This document shows positions 43,875 to 53,563 of a stretch of DNA of 64,000 nucleotides, in pieces. The translations under genes were made by a program, and so were the position numbers. This stretch comes from Patescibacteria group bacterium (GTDB taxonomy: Bacteria > Patescibacteriota > Microgenomatia > UBA12405): the NCBI GenBank assembly GCA_023380755.1, contig JAMCSD010000006.1:316735-380734 (forward strand). Direction: 5' to 3'. A model generated the notes under the pieces. It ran no database searches. It saw only the letters and a list, made by a program, of their open reading frames with translations, and was not told where the DNA came from. Numbering within the stretch: the stretch's first letter is position 1; the number at the start of each line of letters is the position of its first letter.

Positions 43875-45647
43875 TTACCCTTTGTTCTCTATTTTTCCCA
43901 ATTTCCGGGCCAGGGTCACAGCCTCACTTAGCTCCCGCTTTACCTCCTCCACGCCCTTTTCCCAAAAAGCACTGGCCTCAATATCAATTCCGGTTTTAGC
44001 AAAAATATTCTTCGGCGACTCTGACGTTCCCGCAGCTAAAAAGGCCTTCACCTTTTTAACAAAGGCTTTATCTTGCCGTACCGAATTTTGCAGCGATTTG
44101 GAAATTAACTGGCCGCTGGCATAAGAGTAAACATAAAAGTAGCGGCGAATGTGTCCCCAATAGATCCACCAATTTTGGCTCCCCGGCGACTGTTCCACTG
44201 CCGGTCCCATGTACGCCGCCATCCGTTTTTGGAACCATTCTCCAATCTCTTTTTTTGATAAATATCCTTTTTGCCGGTAGTTTTTGTGCAGGTCTTGTTC
44301 AAATTGAAAACAGGCTACCTGACGCCAAATCGATTGAATGTCATTGTCGATTTTATTCATTAACATGGTGAGTTTAGTTTCCTCGTCTGCCCCCTGCGCG
44401 AGCCTCTGGTTAACAAAATCCTCGAAAAAAGTACTGGCCACTTCGGCCGTTGAAGTCGGTGTTCCCCAGGTTAACCCATTTTGTTCCCTTTTCATCAACT
44501 CATTATTAATTCCGTGTCCGGCCTCGTGGGCCAGCGTCGTCACATCCCGGGAGCTGTCAGTCCAATTTAGGAGAATGTATGTCGGGTACAATCTGGTAAA
44601 ACCGGCGCAAAATGCCCCATTCGCCTTACCGGGTTTGGGGTAAACGTCAACTAATCCCTGGCTAATAAAACCGTCGAATATTTGACTGAATTCCGGATCT
44701 AATCCTTGAAATGTTTGGGTTACCAACTCCACTCCTTTTTCGAAAGAATATCGTTGCTGGTTATCGCCGTAACTCAGGTTTCGCTCATGATACTGTAATT
44801 TTGGCAACTTAAATAGTTGTGCCTTTAGTTGGTAAAACTGTTGTGGAATCTCATTGTGACGGCTGACCACTGCCGTCAAACTGTCCACCACTCCCGGTTC
44901 AATATCATCCGCCAACAGTCTCATTGTTTCCGGCCGTGGCGCTTTCCGCAAATTGTCGTTGACTTTCTTATCTTCGAGAACCGAATTTAACTCAATTTCC
45001 GCTACCTCTTCGTATTTTGCCAATATTTCATTAAATAATTCTGCCGCCCGGTCGCGCTCCGGCTTCTTGTGGCTGCGCATGTCGCTTAAAAGCACCTCTA
45101 TGGTTTTGCCTTCCCGAGTTTCTTTTGACAAAAGTTCGTTGGTCATCGATACCCAGTTTTCCCTGGCCGGTTTATCTTTTAGCGTTAAAATATTTTCCTC
45201 AGCCTCACTCAAAAGATACTTACTTTCGGCAAAAAGCTGCTCTAAATAATGATGATATTTTGCCAATGGAGCCGCTGCCAAAAATATTTTCTGTTGTGCT
45301 CCCGGGATTTTGGCTAGGTTGTGGTTAAAAAATCGGAGCTTATTTAGCATTTGTTTGACCACATCATCAATCTTGGTATTCATCGCCTTGATGGCCGGAT
45401 TAGATTGATCCAGTTCCTGCTGCAACCAATAGCTGTAGCCGGTTTTGCCCCCACCCGCCCACCGGCTGGCAAAAGCTTCCCACTCATCCAGCGCCTCTCG
45501 AAGTTTGCGGGAATCTTTTAAATAACTTTTATCTTTTTTCCATTTGCTGAAAAATGCCTCACCAGCCTGCCGGTAACTAGCCAACTCTTCTTCCACCGCT
45601 ATCTTGCCTAACTGTCCCAGGTTCCATTTGGTGATTAGTTCATTCAT
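43875..45647 (-). CDS. pepF: oligoendopeptidase F-like M3 metallopeptidase
   Basis: 590 aa. It has the zinc motif TLAHEAGHG (HExxH) and an M3B-like layout. TATAAT lies 5 nt upstream of the ATG. Confidence 0.85.
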   Translation of the reverse strand: MNELITKWNLGQLGKIAVEEELASYRQAGEAFFSKWKKDKSYLKDSRKLREALDEWEAFASRWAGGGKTGYSYWLQQELDQSNPAIKAMNTKIDDVVKQMLNKLRFFNHNLAKIPGAQQKIFLAAAPLAKYHHYLEQLFAESKYLLSEAEENILTLKDKPARENWVSMTNELLSKETREGKTIEVLLSDMRSHKKPERDRAAELFNEILAKYEEVAEIELNSVLEDKKVNDNLRKAPRPETMRLLADDIEPGVVDSLTAVVSRHNEIPQQFYQLKAQLFKLPKLQYHERNLSYGDNQQRYSFEKGVELVTQTFQGLDPEFSQIFDGFISQGLVDVYPKPGKANGAFCAGFTRLYPTYILLNWTDSSRDVTTLAHEAGHGINNELMKREQNGLTWGTPTSTAEVASTFFEDFVNQRLAQGADEETKLTMLMNKIDNDIQSIWRQVACFQFEQDLHKNYRQKGYLSKKEIGEWFQKRMAAYMGPAVEQSPGSQNWWIYWGHIRRYFYVYSYASGQLISKSLQNSVRQDKAFVKKVKAFLAAGTSESPKNIFAKTGIDIEASAFWEKGVEEVKRELSEAVTLARKLGKIENKG

Positions 45648-45691
45648 AGTTAATTATAGCCGAACACTAGATTAATCCTTATAATAAGCTA

Positions 45692-46882
45692 ATGAAAAAC
45701 CAACCCCCGATCGCTGTTGTCGTAATTCCTACTTATAATGAAGCCGGAAGCATCGGCAAAATGATTGATTATCTGGAAACTAAAACATTTCCGACTATCA
45801 AAAATTGGCAACTTAAAGTCCTAGTCGTTGATGGCCACTCACCCGATGGCACTGGCAAAATTGTCAGCGAAAAAGCAAAAAAATATACTGGGGTTCACCT
45901 CTTTGAAGAAACTAGTAAGGATGGTATCGGGGCTGCCTACCTAAAAGGTTTTAAATATGCCATGCAGGAATTGAAAGCTGATGCGGTTTTTGAATTTGAT
46001 GCCGATTTTCAGCATCCTCCGGAGATGATTGTGGCAATGCTAAAAGAAATTGATAATGGTTATGATTATGTCATTGGTTCCAGAAAAATAGCTGGTGGTT
46101 CAAACCCCAAAGGTTGGGGTTTCAAGCGTGTTTTCTTTAGTGAAGCCGGTGGATTGACGGCTCGTTTCCTTTTATTCTTTCCTTTCAAAAAATTTTTTAC
46201 GGTCACTGATCCTACTACCGGCTTAAAAGTCACCCGGGTTAAAGGTTTTTTGGACCACCTCAATTTAGACTTCAAGCATCTGTATACCCGCAGTTTTGCC
46301 TATAAAATGCAGCTTCTTTTTGAAACACTCAAACTGGGAGCCAAATATAAAGAGGTGCCGCTTGAATTTCAGGTTCGGACAACTGACCAATCAAAAATCG
46401 AGCAAAATGCGATTATTGACGGTATCCGTGTCTGTGCCCTAACTCGCTGGCATGATACCACCACCCAAAAATTCATAAAGTTTGGCGTCGTCGGATTCAT
46501 CGGCTTAATCATCAATATTGTATTTGGGCATACCTTTAAATTAGCCTTAGCCTCCACTACTTTGGCTGTCAGCGTCGTTAACGGAGTGGCCAATGGTTTA
46601 GCGGCTGAACTATCAATTATTTCCAATTTTATTTGGAATAACCTGTGGACCTTTTCCCAAGAGAAAATTACCACAGCCTCTTCTCTGGTCTCCAAGTTTG
46701 TTACCTTCAATATCTCTTCGGTGATCACCGGTATTCTCATTCCTTCGACGGTTATTGCTTTGTTAACCGCTCTTTTTGGCGACCATTTCTTAATTTACCA
46801 ATTAATTGCCATCTTTTTTCTCACCATTCCGCTTAACTGGCTGGTTTATAACAAGATTATCTGGAACAAAAAAACTAAATGA
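45692..46882 (+). CDS. family-2 glycosyltransferase (polyprenol-phosphate sugar synthase-like) fused to GtrA-like membrane domain
   Basis: 396 aa. It has a GT2 N-terminus (VVIPTYNEAGSI, DGHSPDGT, FDADFQHPP). The C-terminal 4-TM region with ISNFIWNNLWTF is GtrA-like. TATAAT lies 6 nt upstream of the ATG. Confidence 0.8.
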   Translation: MKNQPPIAVVVIPTYNEAGSIGKMIDYLETKTFPTIKNWQLKVLVVDGHSPDGTGKIVSEKAKKYTGVHLFEETSKDGIGAAYLKGFKYAMQELKADAVFEFDADFQHPPEMIVAMLKEIDNGYDYVIGSRKIAGGSNPKGWGFKRVFFSEAGGLTARFLLFFPFKKFFTVTDPTTGLKVTRVKGFLDHLNLDFKHLYTRSFAYKMQLLFETLKLGAKYKEVPLEFQVRTTDQSKIEQNAIIDGIRVCALTRWHDTTTQKFIKFGVVGFIGLIINIVFGHTFKLALASTTLAVSVVNGVANGLAAELSIISNFIWNNLWTFSQEKITTASSLVSKFVTFNISSVITGILIPSTVIALLTALFGDHFLIYQLIAIFFLTIPLNWLVYNKIIWNKKTK

Positions 46883-47469
46883 TTGCCTCAATTCTTTACC
46901 TGCTCGGCCTGGGATTTATCGTCTTTGTCCTCAATTTGTTCCCCGCTTTTATGCCGCCCACCTGGATGGTCCTGGCCTTTTTTTATGTCCGTGACGATTT
47001 GACGCTCGTGCCCACCGTTCTGGTTGGGGCGGGTTGTGCTGCCCTTGGCCGCTTCACCCTGGCATGGGCCACCAACCGTTATTTTAAGCCCCTCCTGTCT
47101 CCCCAAAAACAGAAATCACTTTATCAGGTTGGTAAGCTAATTAATCAAAAACGTTCCATTACTTTACCGCTTCTGATGTTGTTTTATGCCTTTTCGCCGA
47201 TCCCTTCAAACCAGTTTTTTATTGCCGCCGGTTTAGTCGGAGCCGATTTACCTTTTATTGCCTTTTCCTTCTTTTTGGGGCGCCTTTTAAGTTATAGCTT
47301 TTGGGTGACCGTTGCCGACCACGCCGTCAGCAATCTTGATGATATCTTTATCCGCCACCTACGCAACCCCGAGACTTATTTCATGGAAATCATCAGCTTC
47401 ATCGTGCTCTATATCGTCATCCACTTCCTTATCAACCGGGCCCTTAACACCCAATCCAAAAAGGCTTAA
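46879..47469 (+). CDS. polytopic membrane protein (possibly DedA/VTT-like)
   Basis: 196 aa with an ATGA overlap with the GT2 gene. It is hydrophobic. The family call is weak. Confidence 0.45.
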   Translation: MIASILYLLGLGFIVFVLNLFPAFMPPTWMVLAFFYVRDDLTLVPTVLVGAGCAALGRFTLAWATNRYFKPLLSPQKQKSLYQVGKLINQKRSITLPLLMLFYAFSPIPSNQFFIAAGLVGADLPFIAFSFFLGRLLSYSFWVTVADHAVSNLDDIFIRHLRNPETYFMEIISFIVLYIVIHFLINRALNTQSKKA

Positions 47470-47495
47470 GTAAACACCCGAGGTATAATCAACAG

Positions 47496-48647
47496 ATGCC
47501 TTCCATCCGTTACCTCCTGGTTATTGGGCTTGCTTTAATCGGCGTCTCTCTGGCGTCGCTTGCCTATTTCAGCCTCCGCGCCTGGCAGACCATTAGTGTC
47601 ACCCCCCGCCGTTCGCCTGTGCCCCAGCCAACCTCTGTTTTACCCACCCCCACTCCCGATCCTAACCGTCCCTTTTCTATCCTTCTTTTGGGTTACGGCG
47701 GCGGTGTCCACGAAGGCGGAAAGTTAACTGACTCCATCATGTTGGTCAGGGTCGACCCGCACGCCCAAAAAACCACTCTCATTTCCATTCCCCGTGATTT
47801 ATGGGTTCCCTTACCCCTGGAAACGGGCACTACCACCTGGACCAAAATAAACGCTGCTTATCCTTATGGTTTGGATGACCGTCAGTTCCCCCGCAAACCG
47901 GTGGAATTTACCGGTCCGGCCGGCGGCGGTATGTTGGCTAAATACATTATGACCCAGGTTACCGGTATCCCCGTTGATTATTTTGTGGCCGTGGATTTTG
48001 CCGGCTTCCAAAAAGTAATCGATAATTTAGGCGGGATTACGGTCAATGTGGACAAAACCTTTGATGATCCTTTCTATCCGCTCGATACCGGCACCACCGA
48101 CTCTTGCGGCAAAACCCCCGAGGAAATCGCCGCTCTCACCGCCACCATGTCCGGACAAAAACTCGAAGAGCAATTCCCCTGCCGTTATGAAGTTCTCCAT
48201 TTTGTCAAAGGCCTTCAAACCATGGACGGGGCGACCGCTCTTAAATTTGCCCGCTCCCGTCACTCTCCGACTGATGGTGGCGATTTTAACCGGGCCCGCC
48301 GCCAACGCCTGGTTTTGGAAGCCGTCAAAGACAAGGTGGTGAATATTAACTTCATTTCCCAAATTATTCCCACCATTCAAACCTTGTCTTATCACATTCA
48401 AACTGACCTGGATTTAGCTTCTCTGGAAAAACTCCTCAGCCGCTTTTCCGAATTTAGCCAATACCAGGTTACCCAAATTGCCCTGACGGATCAAAACATT
48501 TTAGTTGATGCCAAAACTCCCGAAGGTCAATTCATCCTTGATCCTCGGGCCGGCCGGGGAGAGTGGCAGGAAATCAAAGAAGCCATCACTAATCCGGCAC
48601 TCCTAACTCCTACCCCTACGGCGACGCCATCTGCTAGAATGAAGTAA
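47496..48647 (+). CDS. LytR-CpsA-Psr (LCP) family cell-wall glycopolymer ligase
   Basis: 383 aa with an N-terminal TM. It has DSIMLVRVDP, SIPRDLWV and FARSRH. Confidence 0.85.
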   Translation: MPSIRYLLVIGLALIGVSLASLAYFSLRAWQTISVTPRRSPVPQPTSVLPTPTPDPNRPFSILLLGYGGGVHEGGKLTDSIMLVRVDPHAQKTTLISIPRDLWVPLPLETGTTTWTKINAAYPYGLDDRQFPRKPVEFTGPAGGGMLAKYIMTQVTGIPVDYFVAVDFAGFQKVIDNLGGITVNVDKTFDDPFYPLDTGTTDSCGKTPEEIAALTATMSGQKLEEQFPCRYEVLHFVKGLQTMDGATALKFARSRHSPTDGGDFNRARRQRLVLEAVKDKVVNINFISQIIPTIQTLSYHIQTDLDLASLEKLLSRFSEFSQYQVTQIALTDQNILVDAKTPEGQFILDPRAGRGEWQEIKEAITNPALLTPTPTATPSARMK

Positions 48648-51600
48648 TGGTTAAAAATGCCGTTCGCTTTTTAGGTCTATTCATCGCCCTCTTTTTAATC
48701 ATCCACCAACCTTTAGCCGAGGCCCAAAACACTGCTTCTATTGTTTTATCTGTCGATAATGGCCTTCCCAAACGGGTCGTTGAATACTCTTCTACTCAAG
48801 ATCCGCTAATTGAATATTCTGCCATCAACACCTCCGGCTCGGGGACCCTTGAAATTTATCGGGCCACTCTGGATGATTTATTAACTTACCTCACCCACGA
48901 CAGCAAGTATCAGCAGCTCCATCCTTCCGTCGATACTACCAAACTTACCCCCCTGACTTCCTTCACAGTTGACCTGAATTCTAACCGGCAAAGTAAAAGT
49001 CTGCCGCTTGATAAAAGTGGTATCTATTATTTACGCCTAAAATTGGGTGATTTAACTAGTGAAACCTTTGCCGTCCGTTCTACTTTTGGCAGTCTTGCCC
49101 GCGAAGCCAAAGATACCTTTGTCGTATGGAACCAGGATTTCACCACCCACCGGTCATTAACCTCGGGCACGGTCATGCTTTATAGTCTCAATGGCAGCGC
49201 CAATGTTGTCGGTACTGCCAGTTTCGATGGTGATGGTGTTGCCTCGCTGCCGCTGCGCGCCGATGCTGATCTGGCTGTGGTTGCCGCCAACGATTCTTTC
49301 TCGGTCATCCCTTTTAATATCAAGTCCTTGGGTAATGAGTACTTTTGGCTTTCTTACAACCAACGTGCTGCTGCCAGCCGCTATTTCCTATTTACCGACC
49401 GCCCGATTTACCGCCCCGGGGATACCGTCAAATTTAAGGCTGTTATCCGTGATGATGATGACGCCCGTTATTCCTTGCCTTCGGGACCCGTCCTGGTCAA
49501 ATTATTTAAAGATTGGAATACCGATCATCCCCTTAACTCCCAAACGCTCACTCTCGATAACTATGGTTCGGTTAACGGCACCGTCAAAATTCCGGCCGAT
49601 TATTCTTCAGGGCTTTATTCTCTCCTGCTTAGCCGATCCGGCTATGAAACCAGCGGAGATAATTATGCGGCTAATAACCAAATTTCTTTTCGCGTCGAAA
49701 ACTACCGCAAACCCGATTACACTCTCAGCGCCGTTTCCGCTACCGCCGACCTTGTTCGCGGCGATACGGCCACTGTTCAGATTAAAGGCGAATATTTTTC
49801 CGGTTATCCTCTCAAAAATGTCAAACTAACTTATAAGGTTTATGCCGCGGACTACGGTTACTTTGATGGGGAAACTTATTATCCTAACAATGGCAATTAT
49901 TATTACCATTCCTGGAGCGGCGATGTTATCAAAGAAGGCGAGGTTACTTTTAATGACCAGGGGTTAGCTACCGTCAACATTAAAACCAATGAAAATGACT
50001 CCAAAGGTCATTCTCAAAGCTTTTATATCGAATTTGATTATGCCGATGCCACCGGTAACTCTACCCTAACCGGCCTAAACGTTTTAGTTCGTGCCGGTGA
50101 ATTTGGTATATACCGCTTCGGTGACGTTTACTCCGGCAAACCCGGTGAAAAAATCAGCCTTCCCATTGTTTATAAATCTTTCCGGGACAACGTTTCTTTA
50201 GCCCATCCGCTTTCGGTCAATATTACCCGCCATTGGTGGGAAAAATATCACGATGATAATAATAAATATGACCAGTACCGGGAAAACACCGAAAATGCCG
50301 GCCAGTTTACTCTTGATGTCCCCGGCTCCGGTGAAACTCTACTCAGTTTCACTCCCTCGGCCGAAGGCAGTTACCAAGTTAAAACCTCGACTACCGACGC
50401 CCGCGGCAACTATATCGAAAAAATCTTTTATTTATGGATCAGTCAAGATGCCGCCCGTTTCGATAGCAGTTATAGTTTAGTCACTAATCTTACCATTAAC
50501 ACCGATAAAAAATCTTATCTTCCCGGCCAAACGGTTACTGCCAAAATTACCTCGGCTACTCCCGACCGCGACATTTTCTTTGCCGTTGAACGTGGTTACC
50601 AGGACCGCTATCAAATTGTTCATCTTAACGGTTCTGCCACCACTATCCAACTGCCTTTGGCCGACCACGATTTGCCCAATGTTTATTTAACTGTCCGATC
50701 TTTTGGCTCCGACCGCCTCGATGCTGACGGCCATAACGTTTCCATTTCCACTGACTCCAAAAAAGCCTTCTTCAAAATCACCACCGATAAGTCCTCTTAT
50801 GGCCCCGGCGACGAGGTCACAGCCCAGATTACTTCCACTGATCTGGCTGGAAAGCCGGTTCCGGCTACCATGGCTTTGTGGGCTGTTGACAAGGCTATCT
50901 TTGAACTCTCCGATAAGAATTACGGCAGTATTTTTGATGCCTTTTGGAGCGAGCGCTATGACGGTACCTTAGAAGACAACTCCCTAGAGGGCTTATACAA
51001 CGGCGGCGCCGAAAAAGGCGGTTGTTTCTTAGCTGGCACCAAAATCACCCTGGCTGACGGCACCTCCAAAAACATCGAAGATATTAAAATCGGTGACACA
51101 GTCCTGTCCCGGGCTGCATCGAATGGTCCCAATACTCCGCAAAAAGTTACTGCCCTGCACCACACCTCGGCTCCCGGCTACGTCATTCTCAATGGTACCC
51201 TCCGTTTAACCCCCAACCACCTATTAATGGTCAACCGCCGTTGGCAGCAGGCCGGTTCGGTGCGCGTCGGTGATCTTTTAAGCGATGTCAGCGGACAGCC
51301 GATTAAGGTTAATTCTGTCGAATGGCAAACCGGGCAGGTTCCGGTTTATAACTTTACCGTTGACGAGGCTCATACTTATTTTGCCGATTCCGTCTTGGTC
51401 CACAACGACAAAGGTGATGGTGATGCCCGGGCCCATTTTGATGATACCGCCTACTGGAACCCCACCGTGGTCACCGACAATAACGGCATTGCCACCGTCA
51501 AGTTTAAACTGCCTGACAATTTAACCACTTGGGTTATCACTACCATCGGCGCCTCCACCGACACCAAAGTCGGTGATGCCTTTACCGAAATCAAAACCTC

Positions 51601-53563
51601 CAAAGAACTGGTTATCCGGCCGGTTTTGCCTAACATCCTCCGCCTTGGTGATGAAATTCTCGTGTCGGCCTTAGTCAACAACTACACCAGCCAGGATTTA
51701 GTCGTCGATGCTTCTTTAAAGACCGACGCCGGGGAACTGGTTGAATCAAGCAATACCTCTCGGGTATCGGTCAAGGCCGGGGAATACACTGAAGTCGGTT
51801 GGAAATACAATATAAATAAAGACCAATCGACCGCCTCTTTTGACTTCATCGCCAAAGATGACGCTCATCACCAAGACGAAGTGATTACCAGTTTACCGGT
51901 CCGCCCTTTTGGCTACTGGCAGCCAACCTCGCAATTTAAAGCCGATAATCTTACTTTCCTGGTCGATAAACCCGACTCCATTGATCCCAAAAAATCTGTT
52001 TTAACCCTCGACCTCAGCTCCACCCTTTTTGGCAGTCTGCCGTCTGCCATGCGCTATTTGGTTAATTACCCTTATGGTTGTGTCGAGCAAACCACCAGCG
52101 CCTTAGTCCCCAAAATTTTAGCCCAAAAATATGCTACTCAGTTTGGGGACTCTCTACAGGATTTAACCCCCAAGCATGGTATTGACGAGGGTGTTTCCAA
52201 ACTAAAAGAATTGCAGCAGCCGGATGGCGGCTGGAGTTGGTGGCACGGCTCCTCAAATGATTTCGTCACCGCCTATGTCGTCGAAGTGCTTAATGACGCC
52301 CGGGCGGCCGGATTCACCGTGGATGATTCTTTGTTGGCTCAAGCCCAAAGCTATCTCCTCAGCGGCTACGACAGTCTTCCGGTCGAGGCCAAGGTCACCC
52401 GGGCTTACGGCTTATCTTTTTACGGCTCTGGCAGCCAAAAAATTATTGATCAGGATCTTGGTAAACTGCCCGATGACTTACTGAGTCTCGCTGTGATTAC
52501 TAACTTAAAGAATGGTCTTCAAGACTCTCAGCGCAACGGTCTTAGTCTGCTTCTTTCCCGGGCCAAAAGAACCGATACTACCCTTTACTGGTCTGCCAGT
52601 TCGGTCGACAAATTCGGTTCTGCTGATGCCTCCACTGCTTTGGCCATTCGCGCCCTGACTTTGGCCGGAAACCATGACCAGGACATCGCCTCGGCTCTTA
52701 ACTATTTGGTTCGACACCGCAGTTTTGATTATTGGTCCAACACCTTTGCCACCTCTGAAGTGCTTAAAGCAGTCTTGGGCTACCAGCGGACGCTAACACC
52801 GGCGACCAATTATACTGTCACCCTCGATGGCCGCCAGATTTCCACTGGCAGTTTTTCGGCTACCAAAACCAGTGTAACTGTTACCTTAGATCCCTCCCAA
52901 GTGAAGCCGGGTAGCCGGTTGCTCGTTAGCAAGTCTGGGACCGATCCGCTTTACGCTACATTCAACCAAAAATGGTGGGTCAACTCGCGTGAAGCAGCCA
53001 GCGTCAATCACGGTTTTGCCATCACCAAAAAATATGAAAACGCCAAAGGCGCCAATTACAACCTCTCCCCCGGCGACTTGGTTAAAGTCACTTTAACCAT
53101 TAATCCCGCCGATTCCAGTCTGGTGGATTATGGGGTCATCGAAGACCATCTCCCGTCCGGACTGGTGCCGGTTATCACCACCCTAAAAAATTCGACGCAA
53201 GACCTTCAGGCCAACACCTGGGCTAACGAATACACCGAAAACGGCGTCCAAATTCCCTTTTATCAGTCCACTACCTCTTATACCTATTACGCCCGGGTGG
53301 TCAATCCCGGTAATTTTATTGCCCCGCCCGCCTTTGTCACCCTGATGTATCATCCTGAAGTTTGGGGCCGGTCCGCCTTTGTTCCGGTAACTGTCGATAC
53401 CAACATCCACCTCTCACCCTTAAGCTCCTTAGGGCCCATCACCCGCCAACTTAATTATCAGCAACTTTTAATTACTGTTGCGGTCCTGCTGGCCGCGCTA
53501 CTCTTAATCAGTGTTATCCTCATTGGCCGCCATCGGGCTCCGCCTCTACCTCCTACTGCTTAG
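48647..53563 (+). CDS. alpha-2-macroglobulin-family thioester protein with inserted Hint domain, signal peptide and C-terminal TM anchor
   Basis: 1638 aa with a 1-nt overlap with the LCP stop (TAATG). It has MG-type repeats, AVDKAIFEL...FW (pre-bait), FDDTAYWNP...LPDNLTTW (post-bait), the thioester motif YPYGCVEQTTS and a C-terminal helix VAVLLAALLLISVILIG. Confidence 0.88.
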   Translation: MVKNAVRFLGLFIALFLIIHQPLAEAQNTASIVLSVDNGLPKRVVEYSSTQDPLIEYSAINTSGSGTLEIYRATLDDLLTYLTHDSKYQQLHPSVDTTKLTPLTSFTVDLNSNRQSKSLPLDKSGIYYLRLKLGDLTSETFAVRSTFGSLAREAKDTFVVWNQDFTTHRSLTSGTVMLYSLNGSANVVGTASFDGDGVASLPLRADADLAVVAANDSFSVIPFNIKSLGNEYFWLSYNQRAAASRYFLFTDRPIYRPGDTVKFKAVIRDDDDARYSLPSGPVLVKLFKDWNTDHPLNSQTLTLDNYGSVNGTVKIPADYSSGLYSLLLSRSGYETSGDNYAANNQISFRVENYRKPDYTLSAVSATADLVRGDTATVQIKGEYFSGYPLKNVKLTYKVYAADYGYFDGETYYPNNGNYYYHSWSGDVIKEGEVTFNDQGLATVNIKTNENDSKGHSQSFYIEFDYADATGNSTLTGLNVLVRAGEFGIYRFGDVYSGKPGEKISLPIVYKSFRDNVSLAHPLSVNITRHWWEKYHDDNNKYDQYRENTENAGQFTLDVPGSGETLLSFTPSAEGSYQVKTSTTDARGNYIEKIFYLWISQDAARFDSSYSLVTNLTINTDKKSYLPGQTVTAKITSATPDRDIFFAVERGYQDRYQIVHLNGSATTIQLPLADHDLPNVYLTVRSFGSDRLDADGHNVSISTDSKKAFFKITTDKSSYGPGDEVTAQITSTDLAGKPVPATMALWAVDKAIFELSDKNYGSIFDAFWSERYDGTLEDNSLEGLYNGGAEKGGCFLAGTKITLADGTSKNIEDIKIGDTVLSRAASNGPNTPQKVTALHHTSAPGYVILNGTLRLTPNHLLMVNRRWQQAGSVRVGDLLSDVSGQPIKVNSVEWQTGQVPVYNFTVDEAHTYFADSVLVHNDKGDGDARAHFDDTAYWNPTVVTDNNGIATVKFKLPDNLTTWVITTIGASTDTKVGDAFTEIKTSKELVIRPVLPNILRLGDEILVSALVNNYTSQDLVVDASLKTDAGELVESSNTSRVSVKAGEYTEVGWKYNINKDQSTASFDFIAKDDAHHQDEVITSLPVRPFGYWQPTSQFKADNLTFLVDKPDSIDPKKSVLTLDLSSTLFGSLPSAMRYLVNYPYGCVEQTTSALVPKILAQKYATQFGDSLQDLTPKHGIDEGVSKLKELQQPDGGWSWWHGSSNDFVTAYVVEVLNDARAAGFTVDDSLLAQAQSYLLSGYDSLPVEAKVTRAYGLSFYGSGSQKIIDQDLGKLPDDLLSLAVITNLKNGLQDSQRNGLSLLLSRAKRTDTTLYWSASSVDKFGSADASTALAIRALTLAGNHDQDIASALNYLVRHRSFDYWSNTFATSEVLKAVLGYQRTLTPATNYTVTLDGRQISTGSFSATKTSVTVTLDPSQVKPGSRLLVSKSGTDPLYATFNQKWWVNSREAASVNHGFAITKKYENAKGANYNLSPGDLVKVTLTINPADSSLVDYGVIEDHLPSGLVPVITTLKNSTQDLQANTWANEYTENGVQIPFYQSTTSYTYYARVVNPGNFIAPPAFVTLMYHPEVWGRSAFVPVTVDTNIHLSPLSSLGPITRQLNYQQLLITVAVLLAALLLISVILIGRHRAPPLPPTA
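51023..51406 (+). other. Hint (intein-like / BIL-type) domain, residues 793-920 of the macroglobulin
   Basis: Block A is CFLAGTKITLADGTSKNIEDIKIGDTVLS, block B is LRLTPNHLLMV (TxxH), block F is VYNFTVDEAHTYFAD and block G is SVLVHN. The +1 residue is Asp. There is no endonuclease insert. Confidence 0.85.
52079..52090 (+). other. thioester-forming CxEQ motif (CVEQ)
   Basis: TGT GTC GAG CAA is in frame at residue 1145, within YPYGCVEQTTSALVP. Confidence 0.85.

Noticed and set aside
49191-49829. 212-aa plus-strand ORF, plus other short ORFs, inside 48647..53563
   Set aside because: These are alternative frames within the macroglobulin gene. Their composition is Pro, Ser and Leu-rich and low-complexity, typical of off-frame translation.
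51023-51406. Classical self-splicing intein, as a selfish mobile element, in the macroglobulin gene
   Set aside because: The residue following the terminal HN is Asp, not Cys, Ser or Thr. There is also no homing-endonuclease insert. I therefore describe it as a Hint/BIL-type domain, not as a canonical intein or mobile element.
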